Below are positions 39,051 to 49,085 of a stretch of 64,000 nt of DNA, piece by piece. This DNA is from Patescibacteria group bacterium (GTDB lineage Bacteria; Patescibacteriota; Minisyncoccia; UBA6257; 2-01-FULL-56-20). Location of the stretch: contig JBBUGM010000006.1 in assembly GCA_038077975.1 (NCBI GenBank), positions 4,905 to 68,904 of the forward strand. Direction: 5' to 3'. Every line of letters starts with the position of its first letter. Positions within the stretch are counted from its first letter, which is position 1. The notes under the pieces are model-generated. The model was given only the letters and a program-made list of their open reading frames with translations. It had not been told where the DNA came from and ran no database searches. The position numbers and the translations under genes were made by a program.

Positions 39051-40802
39051 TTATTTTTTGAGTATCTCTCTGAACGTTTCCGGCGGGATGTCAACGCGCG
39101 CCATTGATTGCAGTTTTTCCTTCCCCCTCGCCTGTTTTTTCCAAAGCTTCATTTTGCGCGTTCTGTCGCCGCCGGTTTTTCCGAAATTGCCCAAAAGTTT
39201 CTTCATGGCCGGAATCGTTTCGCGGGCAATGATGCGCCCGTGCGCTTGCGCTTGTATCGCCTGCGTAAATTGCTGTTTGGGCAAAAGCTCCTTGAGGCGT
39301 TCCACGGTTTGCCGCGCCTCGCGCTCAATGTCTTTTTCCGCAACTATGCGCGTTAGAGCCGGCACAACGTCGCCCACAACAAGAATTTCGAGTTTCGCCA
39401 CCTCCGCCTCTTCTTCGCCTGCAAGCTCGTAGCTGAATGATGCGTAACCTTGGGAAGCGGACTTCAACTTGTCATCAAAATCGCGGATAAGTTCCGCAAG
39501 CGGCATTTTTGCTTCGACAATGACGCTGTCGCCCATGGTTTGCACTTCGAGTATTTCAATATCAAAAACGTTCTTCAGCATCGCCACGGAATTCAAATAT
39601 TCCTTTGGCGCCAGAATTTCGAGCTTGATCATTGGCTGCCATGCTTTGTCCGGCTTGTCGGGAAAATCCTGCGGCTGTTTGATAACTTTTTTCGTGCCAC
39701 TCTCTTCGATTGTGTAGGCAATGGTGGGGAAACTGGTAAGGAATTCCAAGCTGAATTCTCTTTCGAGGCGGCTTGAGACGATCTCGAAATGAAGCTGTCC
39801 TAAAAATCCTACCTTTAGTCCACGCCCAAGGGCCTCGTTCGCTTCGGGCTCGATCGAAAGCGCCGGATCCGAAAGGCGCAAACGATCCAGGCCTTTCTTC
39901 AAATCCTCGAATTTGGTTTTGCCATCCGGATAATAAGAAATGAAGACGACCGGTGCCACCTCGCGATAGCCCGGAAGCGGAGTCGCTTCGCGGCCTGCTG
40001 GTCTTATTGTGTCACCAATACGGACAAGCGCCGGCTCTTTGAGCCCTGTTGCAACATAGCCGATCTCGCCGGAACGAACCGCTTCGGAACGCTTGAATTC
40101 GGGAGTAAAATATCCGACTTCTTTGGGATGAAACCTGGTTCCGCCGGAAGCAAATTGCATTTCACTTCCGCCGAAGTCGCCCGAAAAGACGCGCACGAAT
40201 GCGATGATACCCTTGTGATCATCGTAGAGTGAGTCGAAAATCAATGCCTTCTCGCCATCCGTAGCACGCGGTGCAGGGAATTTTTCGATGGTTGCATTGA
40301 GCAATTCCTCAACTCCGACGCCCGTCTTTGCCGAAATACGAAAAATCTCTTCGGCGGGAACTCCGAGAAGTTCGGCGGTTGCCTTCACTGTTTTTTCGAT
40401 GTTCGGTAAGTTGAGATCAATTTTGTTCACGGCGCCGATTATTTTTAGACCCGCCCTTCTCGCGGCTCGCAAATTGGAAAGCGTCTGCGCCTGAATTCCT
40501 TTCGTGGCATCAACAAGCAGGATCGCGCCCTCGACCGCCGCAAGAGCGCGTGAAACCTCGTAGGAGAAATCGCTGTGTCCCGGCGTGTCGATCAGATTCA
40601 GAATGTGACCCTTGTACGACATCCTTACCGGCGCCATCTTGATTGTGATTCCCCGTTCGCGCTCGAGCTCCATCTTATCCAAATACTGCGGCTTCATCTG
40701 CCGCTTATCCACCGTTCCTGTGATTTCCAAAAGCCGATCGGCGAGAGTCGATTTACCGGAATCGATGTGGGCAATAATACAGAAGTTGCAAATATTATTC
40801 AT
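39051..40802 (-). CDS. lepA: Elongation factor 4
   Basis: IIAHIDSGKSTLADRLL, ERERGITIK, DTPGH, GFLG.LH, GGD.TRK.KL. Confidence 0.96.
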   Translation of the reverse strand: MNNICNFCIIAHIDSGKSTLADRLLEITGTVDKRQMKPQYLDKMELERERGITIKMAPVRMSYKGHILNLIDTPGHSDFSYEVSRALAAVEGAILLVDATKGIQAQTLSNLRAARRAGLKIIGAVNKIDLNLPNIEKTVKATAELLGVPAEEIFRISAKTGVGVEELLNATIEKFPAPRATDGEKALIFDSLYDDHKGIIAFVRVFSGDFGGSEMQFASGGTRFHPKEVGYFTPEFKRSEAVRSGEIGYVATGLKEPALVRIGDTIRPAGREATPLPGYREVAPVVFISYYPDGKTKFEDLKKGLDRLRLSDPALSIEPEANEALGRGLKVGFLGQLHFEIVSSRLEREFSLEFLTSFPTIAYTIEESGTKKVIKQPQDFPDKPDKAWQPMIKLEILAPKEYLNSVAMLKNVFDIEILEVQTMGDSVIVEAKMPLAELIRDFDDKLKSASQGYASFSYELAGEEEAEVAKLEILVVGDVVPALTRIVAEKDIEREARQTVERLKELLPKQQFTQAIQAQAHGRIIARETIPAMKKLLGNFGKTGGDRTRKMKLWKKQARGKEKLQSMARVDIPPETFREILKK

Positions 40803-40853
40803 AAATCAAAGCATAACCGCTTGTGCAGAAAAGAGAAAGGCGCAACGAGAAGC

Positions 40854-40889
40854 CCACCCGAAACGTTCCGGGAGATTTTGAAAAAGTAA
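40854..40889 (+). pseudogene. Inverted orphan copy of lepA last 11 codons plus stop
   Basis: Encodes PPETFREILKK*, identical to LepA C-terminus but with synonymous codons. Confidence 0.8.
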
Positions 40890-40992
40890 GTATTATTATA
40901 TCGTACGATCGGAACATTTAATAAAAATGCCCCGAGCGAATTAGTGTAAATTTGTAGTTCCGATTGTTTTTCAGTATCCTTAAATTGCAATT

Positions 40993-41280
40993 ATGAAACT
41001 TATTTCCGTAATCGTTCTCGTGGGCATTCTGGTTCTTCTCGGCACCCAAATCTATTCTTTTTGGGGCCGCCGAAGCGAGCTTAAGGCCGAATTCGGGGAA
41101 TTGCAGGCAAAATTGGATCGCTCGCAGGCAGATAACGCAAAATTCCAGGCAGAACTCGACTATTATTTGAATCCCGCTAACTTAGAAAAAGAACTGCGCG
41201 CGCGCTTCAATTATAAAAGACCGGGAGAGAAGCTTTTAATCATAGTTCCTCGCAGCGAAACGACAACGGCAAGCAATTGA
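40993..41280 (+). CDS. Septum formation initiator (FtsB/DivIC-like)
   Basis: TM plus coiled coil plus LEKELR..FNYKRPGE. Confidence 0.8.
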   Translation: MKLISVIVLVGILVLLGTQIYSFWGRRSELKAEFGELQAKLDRSQADNAKFQAELDYYLNPANLEKELRARFNYKRPGEKLLIIVPRSETTTASN

Positions 41281-41400
41281 CCTAATTAACCTAATTTCTA
41301 ATTGCCCTAATCAATATCCAAAAAACAAAGCGGTAAAATTTAGAAATTTATTCATTGGGATTTATTTAGGTCAATTAAGTTAATTAGAAATTAGACATTT
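41278..41400. repeat. Inverted short-period repeat arrays (CCTAATT ... AATTAG)
   Basis: Periodic CCTAAT units mirrored by ATTAGG/ATTAGA units. Confidence 0.6.
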
Positions 41401-41403
41401 ATA

Positions 41404-41979
41404 ATGATCCGTTATCGCATCTACATCATTTTCTCCATCATCATTGCTTTGGGCGTGAGCGCCATTTTTTTGGTCTCGCAGGGATATTATCCGGTCGCGC
41501 TTGTGGAAGGCGATTTTGTGAGCGCATATGAGTTCGCGCGCGAATACCGTGCCGCGACTATTTATTACCAAAACCTTTTGAAGACCTACGGTGCCGCCTT
41601 TGAAGAGAAAGAAAAGATCTCGTCCGCCGATCTGGAACTCGCGGTGATCAACAGTTTGATAGAAAATAATTTGATAGCGAAAGGCGCGCGCGCGGAAACG
41701 GGAGAGGACTTCGAATATTTGCTGGAAAACAAATTGAGCAAGTTCGTGGGCGATGCCGAGCTTGAGAAAGCCGCGCTTGCGCTCTACGGCCTCGAGGGCA
41801 ATGAATTCCGCGAAGACGTCCTCATTCCGCAGGCGGAACGGGAGATCTTGGCCGGGCGGCTTTTCTTGCGCGGAGAAAAGATCGAAGATTGGTTGGCAAG
41901 CACCAAGCAGGCGGCGCAGGTTATCATTTTTTCGCCGCAATTCGAATGGAACGGGGAGAGCGTCGTGACCCAACAGTAG
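41404..41979 (+). CDS. SurA N-terminal-like membrane-anchored protein
   Basis: TM, PVALVEG..V, LIEN.LI...A helical pattern. Confidence 0.6.
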   Translation: MIRYRIYIIFSIIIALGVSAIFLVSQGYYPVALVEGDFVSAYEFAREYRAATIYYQNLLKTYGAAFEEKEKISSADLELAVINSLIENNLIAKGARAETGEDFEYLLENKLSKFVGDAELEKAALALYGLEGNEFREDVLIPQAEREILAGRLFLRGEKIEDWLASTKQAAQVIIFSPQFEWNGESVVTQQ

Positions 41980-42016
41980 AAAACCGCTCCGGGCATAGTG
42001 CCGGAGCGGATGTATT

Positions 42017-43096
42017 TTAGTCCCAAATCGCAGGATGGTCGTGTTTTCTTCTGCCGAATCTTGTCATCCATGCATTGTGTTCGAAGTTTATGAACTCACG
42101 GCCGCTGAACGAATATTCCGCTTCCACCATATCAATGACTTCAGGCATCTGGGGGAGAAAGAGATCGTCGTCGGGATTCAAGGAGCAGAGAACATGGCTT
42201 TGCAGAAGATCGCGTATCTTGAGGTAGCCCGTATTGGGGATCAGGCCAGAGGAATAATTCGATCCCGGACAAAGTTCAATGCCGATCCTATTTTCTACGA
42301 CATATTTGACGAGGTCATTATCATAAGCGAGAGGAATGGCGTGTCCGACGCGGTCGGCGCCAAGATTAAAGATGGCGGTACGGATGTTGCGCAAAAGAGA
42401 TGGCTTGTCGCGCTCGGCCAGTTGGCGGATGCGGCTTGCAAGCCCCGCTCGTTCCGATGAGTTGCTTCCTGCAGGATAATCCGTTGCCACCCATTCCCCG
42501 GCATGAATCGAAATTTTAAGTCCAAGTTTTTTAGCTAACCGGAACGCCACCATGTGTTTTTCCGGAGGATGACCGGCTTCGTCGCAGACAAGTCCTACGC
42601 CGACAACGTAATTCCGATCGCACTCAGATGCGAGACGGATCAACTCCTCGCTTCTTGCTAGATCAACTTCTCTGCCGATCGTAAAAAGCAGATTGACCTC
42701 AATTTGCGGAAATTCTGATTCGGCCCTTTTGATCCCCTCAATGAGCGCACCGATCACCTCTTTTTCTTTCATACCTCCGAACATATGATACTGCGGCGCA
42801 ATTGTTGCTTCGCAATAGAGGAATCCTTGTTCTGCGCGCGTTCTCGTATAAGCTTCTCCGGCAAGGGCCAAAGTTTCGCGCGATTGCATCACGCCTGTCG
42901 TGTTGGAAAATCTTTCGACAATGTCGAGCTGGACATTGTTGAAAAGCGTTTTCACCTGTTCACACTGCTCCGCAAAAGTTCCCTTGAAAGGATATGGTTT
43001 TTTGCTGATCCGGAAGAGTTCCGGGAGAACAGTCATAAGCGGATACGAGCCATCAAGGTGATCATGTAGGAGAACTCTGGGAATGGAATGTTTCAT
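42017..43096 (-). CDS. add: Adenosine/adenine deaminase family protein
   Basis: HDHLDG, HAGE, DRVGH, ELCPGSN, NPDD. Confidence 0.85.
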   Translation of the reverse strand: MKHSIPRVLLHDHLDGSYPLMTVLPELFRISKKPYPFKGTFAEQCEQVKTLFNNVQLDIVERFSNTTGVMQSRETLALAGEAYTRTRAEQGFLYCEATIAPQYHMFGGMKEKEVIGALIEGIKRAESEFPQIEVNLLFTIGREVDLARSEELIRLASECDRNYVVGVGLVCDEAGHPPEKHMVAFRLAKKLGLKISIHAGEWVATDYPAGSNSSERAGLASRIRQLAERDKPSLLRNIRTAIFNLGADRVGHAIPLAYDNDLVKYVVENRIGIELCPGSNYSSGLIPNTGYLKIRDLLQSHVLCSLNPDDDLFLPQMPEVIDMVEAEYSFSGREFINFEHNAWMTRFGRRKHDHPAIWD

Positions 43097-43221
43097 GTTG
43101 TGCTTCCTCGGTTTGTGAATTTATCCTATCGCAAGTTTAATTTTACGATGTTAATTTGTCAATTTCGCGCCTTCATCAACCTTTATGCCGTTTCTGGTCA
43201 TCGGACACGCTATAGAGTACA

Positions 43222-44778
43222 ATGAATCCTGGGTCAATTATCCACATGCTCAATTCTCAATCAAAAGTTAATGACAGGAAGATGCAAGTCGGAGAACTTG
43301 GGACTCCGGCCTTGTCAAAAGAAGAACGCCTCGCTATCGAGAAGTTTTTTTTGGCGAAAGGGCTTCCTCTCGACCGCGCGGTGACTTTTGCCGACGTTAC
43401 GCTTCCCGAGCGCTATTCCGACATCCGCACGCGCTCGGAGGTTTATGATTTTAAGACGGAACTTGTTCCGGGCTTTTCGCTTGCCATTCCGGTTGTGAGT
43501 GCGAACATGGAATCGGTAACGGGTCTTGAGTTATCCGTGGCGCTTGAGTGCGAAGGGGGATTGGCTTTCCCGCCGCAGACCCTGCCGGTCGGCGAGCGCG
43601 TGGAGCTTATCGAACGCATTGCGCGGGCAGATTCCGCTTTTATTGAAAATCCGCTTACGGCAAGGCCGGAGTGGACGCTTAACAAGGCAAAAGAATTGAT
43701 GGCGGAGTATGGCGTGAAGAGTTTGATAGTTACGGACGAGAAGAAGAAAGTAGTCGGCATCTTTACAAAAAGAGATTGGTTCTACGAGAACGACGACAAG
43801 ACATTGGTGGGCGATCTGATGACCAAAAAGGTAATAACGGCGGAGCGCGGCGTTAATTTCGAAAAAGCAGGCGAGATCTTGCGCAAAAATAAAATTGAAA
43901 AACTCCCGCTTGTGGGGAAGCAAGGAGGCCTCGCGGGGCTTATCACCGCTAACGGCCTTTTCTATAAATATCGGCATCCGCGGGCGACGCGTGACGATAT
44001 GGGAAGGTTCGTCCGTACGGGCTCGATCGGCGTCGGCAAATCTTTTAGCGATACGCACCTCAAAGAAGTCGAATCGCAAGTTAAGGCAGGCATATCATTG
44101 CTCTTAGTTGACACTGCAAGGGCGTTTTCGGTGAACACCGAAGAAGCTGTGAAGAGAATAAAAAAAGAATTTCCCGCGCTTCCGCTCGTTGTTGGCAATG
44201 TTTCTACCGCCGAAGGGGCAAAATTTTTATTCGAGACGGGTGCGGATATCGTGAAAGTCGGCCAGGGTCCCGGTTTTGCCTGCCGCACGCGCGCGATCGG
44301 AGTCGGCGTGCCGCAACTCTCCGCCGTTGCGGAATGCGCGGTTATTGCCTCGTGCTACGGTAAAACCGTCATTGCCGACGGAGGAATGAAAAGTCCGGGT
44401 GACGCGGCGAAGGCCTTAATCGCCGGAGCGCGGGCCGTGATGCTGGGCAATATGCTCGTGCGCGCGCAAGAATCCGCCGCGCCGATGTTCGTTGACGAAG
44501 ACGGCAGGCCGGTAAAAAATTATGTCGGTTCTGCGTCTTTCGCCGCGCAGATGGCGCGTCTCGAACGCGGCGATCTCTCGCATCTCCGCCGCCCGGAAGG
44601 CGTAACGAAAGTTGTTCCGGTCACAGGCACGGTGGAAGAGATTGTGAATGACCTAATGCGCGGCTTGAGTTCTACGATGGCTTACTTGGGAGTGCGCAAT
44701 CTCAAAGAACTTCGTGAGCACGGGAGATTTATTTCGCAAACTTCTGCAGGGTATGTGGAGGGCGTGAAGAAAGGATGA
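43222..44778 (+). CDS. IMP dehydrogenase/GMP reductase family protein with CBS pair (start uncertain)
   Basis: TF.DV, SANMESVT, CBS pair, KVGQGPGFACRTR, IADGG, PEG. Confidence 0.85.
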   Translation: MNPGSIIHMLNSQSKVNDRKMQVGELGTPALSKEERLAIEKFFLAKGLPLDRAVTFADVTLPERYSDIRTRSEVYDFKTELVPGFSLAIPVVSANMESVTGLELSVALECEGGLAFPPQTLPVGERVELIERIARADSAFIENPLTARPEWTLNKAKELMAEYGVKSLIVTDEKKKVVGIFTKRDWFYENDDKTLVGDLMTKKVITAERGVNFEKAGEILRKNKIEKLPLVGKQGGLAGLITANGLFYKYRHPRATRDDMGRFVRTGSIGVGKSFSDTHLKEVESQVKAGISLLLVDTARAFSVNTEEAVKRIKKEFPALPLVVGNVSTAEGAKFLFETGADIVKVGQGPGFACRTRAIGVGVPQLSAVAECAVIASCYGKTVIADGGMKSPGDAAKALIAGARAVMLGNMLVRAQESAAPMFVDEDGRPVKNYVGSASFAAQMARLERGDLSHLRRPEGVTKVVPVTGTVEEIVNDLMRGLSSTMAYLGVRNLKELREHGRFISQTSAGYVEGVKKG

Positions 44779-44837
44779 CTTGTCATTGCGAGGCCGAAGC
44801 CGCCAGGCGAAGGCCGTGGCAATCCATAAATGCTAGA

Positions 44838-45014
44838 ATGAAACACATGAGAGAAACTATTTCAACCAAAAAATCCGCCCAAAATATTCAAGACGAAATT
44901 TTCAGCAAGATGTCGCCTGGAAAAAAAATAAAATCAGCCGCAGAGCTTGCGGCGCTGTGCTTAAAACTTAACCGCCTCAATGGAGCTAACCAGTCAGGAA
45001 AAAATTCTGATTGA
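44838..45014 (+). CDS. Small putative antitoxin-like protein
   Basis: Q.EIF..MSP..K pattern; overlaps downstream NTase. Confidence 0.5.
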   Translation: MKHMRETISTKKSAQNIQDEIFSKMSPGKKIKSAAELAALCLKLNRLNGANQSGKNSD

Positions 45015-45552
45015 TGTAGCAAGAACGCTTGAAAAGCTACACCTCCCGTATTTTGTTACAGGTGGTTTTGCGGTTTCTCTCTGGGGTCGCCCTCGAGCCA
45101 CTTTTGACGTGGACATCGTGATTCAGCTTATGAACTCGGATATCAATCCACTTGCTAAGGCGCTAAAAGAAGTTTCTAAATTGGGTTACATAGACGAAGA
45201 CATGATGAAAGACGCTGTCAAATGGCACCGAGAATTTAATTTCATTGATCCGGAAAGCGGCATGAAGGTGGATTTTATGGTTAGTCCCAATGACGAGTTC
45301 TCCCGTTCAAGATTTAAACGGAAGAGCGCGAAAGAAATCGGTGGACAGCAAGTATATTTTACATCACCGGAGGACTTGATATTGAGCAAACTCTTATGGC
45401 AAAAGGAATCCGGCTCCGAATTGCAGCTTAGAGATGTGGAATCGATCATCAAAATTTCTGGTCGTAAGCTCGACAGGTCTTATTTGGAAGAATGGGCAAG
45501 AAAATTGGGCGTTTGGGATGTTTTGGACGGCATTTTAGAAGACGCGGCATAG
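44980..45552 (+). CDS. Nucleotidyltransferase (TA-associated type)
   Basis: Y.VTGG.AV..WG.PRAT.DVDIV, SPEDLILSKL, RDV. Confidence 0.8.
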   Translation: MELTSQEKILIDVARTLEKLHLPYFVTGGFAVSLWGRPRATFDVDIVIQLMNSDINPLAKALKEVSKLGYIDEDMMKDAVKWHREFNFIDPESGMKVDFMVSPNDEFSRSRFKRKSAKEIGGQQVYFTSPEDLILSKLLWQKESGSELQLRDVESIIKISGRKLDRSYLEEWARKLGVWDVLDGILEDAA

Positions 45553-45660
45553 TTCTGGTTGCCGGCTTTTCCCCAATTCCGCGCCCTTGCGCGGTTCTTC
45601 TTTTTTTGCAATGATGAAGGCAGGAATTGAACTTGAAAATTCAAGAAGAGGAGGACTCGA

Positions 45661-48399
45661 ATGAGTCGAAACCCGAAAGAGCAAGACAGCAAGCGAGATC
45701 CGCAAGCAGAACAGGCAGAGAAAGAAAAACAGCAAGTGATGCGGTTTTCGAAAAAACTGCGTCCGTATCTCAAAAAGTCAGGCCGTATTCGCAACCAGCA
45801 AGTTGTGCAGGCGTCCAATGTCGAAAAGAACAAGGCCCGCGGTTTTCTGGCCAAACTTGTCGAACTGGGATACTTGATCAACGTTGCCGATTCAGAAGAC
45901 GGCTGTACATGGTATTTCTCGAACGAAGAAGGTTTTTACGAATCCGAAGAGCTCTACAAACTCATCCCCGAACAAGAGCGGAACAGAATTTTGGAACACA
46001 TCGATGATGAAGTCATCACGCTCGACAGTTTGGCCAATGCGTTGTATGGCAACCGAGCGCGTGGAGTGAACTTCTTGGAGACATTCCTTGATTATTATGT
46101 TGACCTGGGATTGATCCAGTTCAGCAACAAGGAAGACGGATATTTACTGACCGAGCGTGGCGCTGAACTTGGCGTTGATGCTCAGTCCGTGAGAACTCTC
46201 GAGGCCACCGCACTTGAAAACGATATTTTCGTTAAGAGCGAAGAAAACGCAGAGCTTCCCGCGTCTTTGAAGACAGTGGGAGAAGCTTTGAAACAGGATA
46301 TCGTGAACAAAACGGTTCCCGTTATCGACCTTACCAAAGAACTTGGCGGCAAGGACCTCAAAATCCTTTTTGTCGGCGAAGTTCTCTACGGCAGTCAGTA
46401 CACCGACCAAGAGCTTCTTGACTGGGTGCTTGACGCTACGGACAAACCCAACCTCATTATCACGAGCGGGCTTGTTCAAGGCAGGTTTGAGACCAAGAAC
46501 AAGGCGAAGACGAGGATGCTCGCGGAAACGGGCGGTCTCCACAGGATCGAAACCCAATTCCATTCGGCCGGCATGTTGCTCGATTGGTTCGAGAAGATCG
46601 CGACCAACAGGGTTTGTCTGATCCAGAGCGATGACGATTGGCGTCTCGCCGAAGATTATGCGACCTTGATGCATCTTGCCGAAGGCAAAAACCCCTGGAA
46701 GTTTGGCGTTGATTGGACCAGTTTTTCTGCCGAAATGAAGCGTCGCCTTGAAAACAAGGAATTGCGGCGCAAGATCCGCATTCAGTGGGAAATCATTCAA
46801 GCGTACATGGGACGCATTGGTCGTTCGCTTCTGAACAAAAAGGAAGTGAAAGCCAGAATTGGCATTCGCAAGAGCGAATATCGCCTGATCATCGAGACCA
46901 TGGTTGCGAAACGCAACAACTTCGATTACCCGAAGGAATACGAAAAAGTCGTGAACGTTGAAGCTCTCTATGGCAATATCGGTAAACGCATTGTCACTCC
47001 CGATACCTTGCGCCTCAAAGTCAGAGAGGGTAAGGAGATCAGAGTTACCCATAATGCCGGATTTTCGGACATCACTCAATATCAGGACACGATCCAACAC
47101 CTTGATGCGATCGCGAGACACCTCGGCCTTTCCAGACAGGAATTGCCCTGGGTGCTTGCCGATTTCCACCAAGAATCCCTTTTCGGCGAATACCTGATGG
47201 GAACCTGGATCATGAACCTGCCGGGCATGCAGAACACGATGCCTGCGGCCGCATACACGCTCAAAGAATGGAACGCGAAGATCCTTGAATCTAAGGAACG
47301 GAGACAAAGCCGGGTTCGCAAAGAACCTGCTTCGCCCGCTGCGACGGAAATTAATTTCTGCGCAGATGGCCGTATCCGTATCCGGCTGATGAATCGACAC
47401 GTGATGGAAGTTCTCGCTGCGCAAAAAGGTGAAAAGGAACGAAGAGAAGTTGGTGTCCTTGGAACCGATCTGCAGTTCGGCTCGATCACCAATTGGCCCG
47501 AACTTTCCGCCAAGTTTCTCGACTACGGCCTCTATGGTCGCAGGGCGACGAAACTCTGGCTGAACGGCGACATCATCCACGGCAACATTTACCCGCAGCA
47601 TACCGCGGAGAGCAGGCCGATGCGTTTGACCTCTCTGCACGCTCAAAAGAAATTCGCTTTTAACTTGCTTGCTCCGCTGATCCTTGACGCCCCGAACTTG
47701 AATGATTGCGCGGCTTGGCTTGGCAACCATGAATGGAACAACTTTGATGCCAAGCGTTCCGGCGACAGCCCTCTCACCTTTCTTGAGATCGGCCTCCAAG
47801 GCGTTCTCATGGAAAGGAAGCGCGTGGGTACCGAAACCCCGCTCGAGAGAGCCATGACCGTCAGCCGGATCCGCTGGCGCGATACGCACAATCCGCAGGG
47901 CGACATCATCAACTGGCCTTTCTTCGCCGACACGATTTGCGGCTTCAAGGTTGCCATTCAGCACATGTGGCAGCCGTTTGCCGGAAAGACGCCGGCCAAT
48001 GAAGGCAAAAAGTGGCTCAAGAACATGGCACGCGCGGCAAGAGGATTTGACCTTTTGCTTGGCGGCGACAAGCACTCTGTTTGGATGGCTGGACTTGGCG
48101 ACAAGTTCATCGTTCAGGCGGGTGCGGGTGCGAGCCAAAGCGGCTATGAACTTGCGCGCGGACTCATGTCCACGGTGATGTTCACACTTGTCGAATTTTC
48201 GAACCGCGACGGCATTACCGTTGAGTTCGTGCCCTGGGAATTTTTGCTGAACAACTATGAATTCCAATGCCCGGCCTACAAAGGCAGGGATGCGGAATTT
48301 GTTCGTCCGGCTCCGGGGACTAAGGCGTACAAACAAGGCAAGATGGCTCCGGCCATCGAAGAGATGATCGAAGACCTGACTGCCTATCCCGAAGTCTAA
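45661..48399 (+). CDS. Large protein: wHTH-like N-terminus plus tandem calcineurin-like metallophosphoesterase domains
   Basis: C-terminal DLQ/GDIIHG/GNHE/H/GDKH; middle degenerate copy; GAGGAGG SD. Confidence 0.65.
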   Translation: MSRNPKEQDSKRDPQAEQAEKEKQQVMRFSKKLRPYLKKSGRIRNQQVVQASNVEKNKARGFLAKLVELGYLINVADSEDGCTWYFSNEEGFYESEELYKLIPEQERNRILEHIDDEVITLDSLANALYGNRARGVNFLETFLDYYVDLGLIQFSNKEDGYLLTERGAELGVDAQSVRTLEATALENDIFVKSEENAELPASLKTVGEALKQDIVNKTVPVIDLTKELGGKDLKILFVGEVLYGSQYTDQELLDWVLDATDKPNLIITSGLVQGRFETKNKAKTRMLAETGGLHRIETQFHSAGMLLDWFEKIATNRVCLIQSDDDWRLAEDYATLMHLAEGKNPWKFGVDWTSFSAEMKRRLENKELRRKIRIQWEIIQAYMGRIGRSLLNKKEVKARIGIRKSEYRLIIETMVAKRNNFDYPKEYEKVVNVEALYGNIGKRIVTPDTLRLKVREGKEIRVTHNAGFSDITQYQDTIQHLDAIARHLGLSRQELPWVLADFHQESLFGEYLMGTWIMNLPGMQNTMPAAAYTLKEWNAKILESKERRQSRVRKEPASPAATEINFCADGRIRIRLMNRHVMEVLAAQKGEKERREVGVLGTDLQFGSITNWPELSAKFLDYGLYGRRATKLWLNGDIIHGNIYPQHTAESRPMRLTSLHAQKKFAFNLLAPLILDAPNLNDCAAWLGNHEWNNFDAKRSGDSPLTFLEIGLQGVLMERKRVGTETPLERAMTVSRIRWRDTHNPQGDIINWPFFADTICGFKVAIQHMWQPFAGKTPANEGKKWLKNMARAARGFDLLLGGDKHSVWMAGLGDKFIVQAGAGASQSGYELARGLMSTVMFTLVEFSNRDGITVEFVPWEFLLNNYEFQCPAYKGRDAEFVRPAPGTKAYKQGKMAPAIEEMIEDLTAYPEV

Positions 48400-48446
48400 A
48401 AAATATGGCCCCTGCGCAATGCGCCGGGGCCTTTTTGTTTCTTTTC

Positions 48447-48992
48447 TTAAAATGTTCCGTCTATCGCGGCGAGGATTCCTGTTCGATCACTTTGCATATA
48501 GAGCGGATTTTTGCGGTAAGGAAAGTGGCGGCGGAATTTCTTGTTGCGCACTTCAACCCAAAGGCGGAATTGCGAATCCCAGCGCGTGTTCCAATAAGGA
48601 CGTCCCAGTTCTCTGTTGAGCTTCACTCGGCGCTGCCTCATATTTTCGAAAGATTTGCTTCCCTTGCCTCTGTAATAGCGTTTGGCCTGACGCGTGTCCC
48701 AGTGGATTACATACGGTTTATCGGTGTTTTGCGCGCCATCGCCAACATGGTGGAAAGCGCAAAGCGTGATGCCGTTTTCCGGGGAATTCACGTCCCAGCC
48801 GCAGCCCTTATAGTGAGCATCGTAATATCCGCGCGGCGCGATGTGATGCACCTGAAGATGCGTTTTGTTGCGGCACCTCTCCCACTTCTTTGTTCCCGCG
48901 TTGTATGTCATAAAACAGCACTGATGTCCGTCGCGTTCAAGTATCCAGAGGCGTTGTGATTTGGTGAGGCCAGGAACTTTTTCTTTTGCCAC
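48447..48992 (-). CDS. HNH endonuclease
   Basis: ILERD...C, LQVHHI.P, N..ENGITLC..HH. Confidence 0.8.
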   Translation of the reverse strand: MAKEKVPGLTKSQRLWILERDGHQCCFMTYNAGTKKWERCRNKTHLQVHHIAPRGYYDAHYKGCGWDVNSPENGITLCAFHHVGDGAQNTDKPYVIHWDTRQAKRYYRGKGSKSFENMRQRRVKLNRELGRPYWNTRWDSQFRLWVEVRNKKFRRHFPYRKNPLYMQSDRTGILAAIDGTF

Positions 48993-49039
48993 AATGCACC
49001 GCCGATTTTGAAGGTCTGTGCTTATTATACCAGGCTATG

Positions 49040-49071
49040 GAAGTCCGACTTCCATTAGGAAGTCGGACTTC
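49040..49071. repeat. REP-like palindrome
   Basis: GAAGTCCGACTTCC-atta-GGAAGTCGGACTTC. Confidence 0.75.
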
Positions 49072-49085
49072 ATAAAATTAGAGCA

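Noticed and set aside
40575-40889. 104-aa plus-strand ORF ending PPETFREILKK
   Set aside because: Mostly antisense to lepA; only the last 12 codons are meaningful, as a relic.
46144-48336. 730-aa minus-strand ORF
   Set aside because: Antisense shadow of the 912-aa gene; no recognisable motifs.
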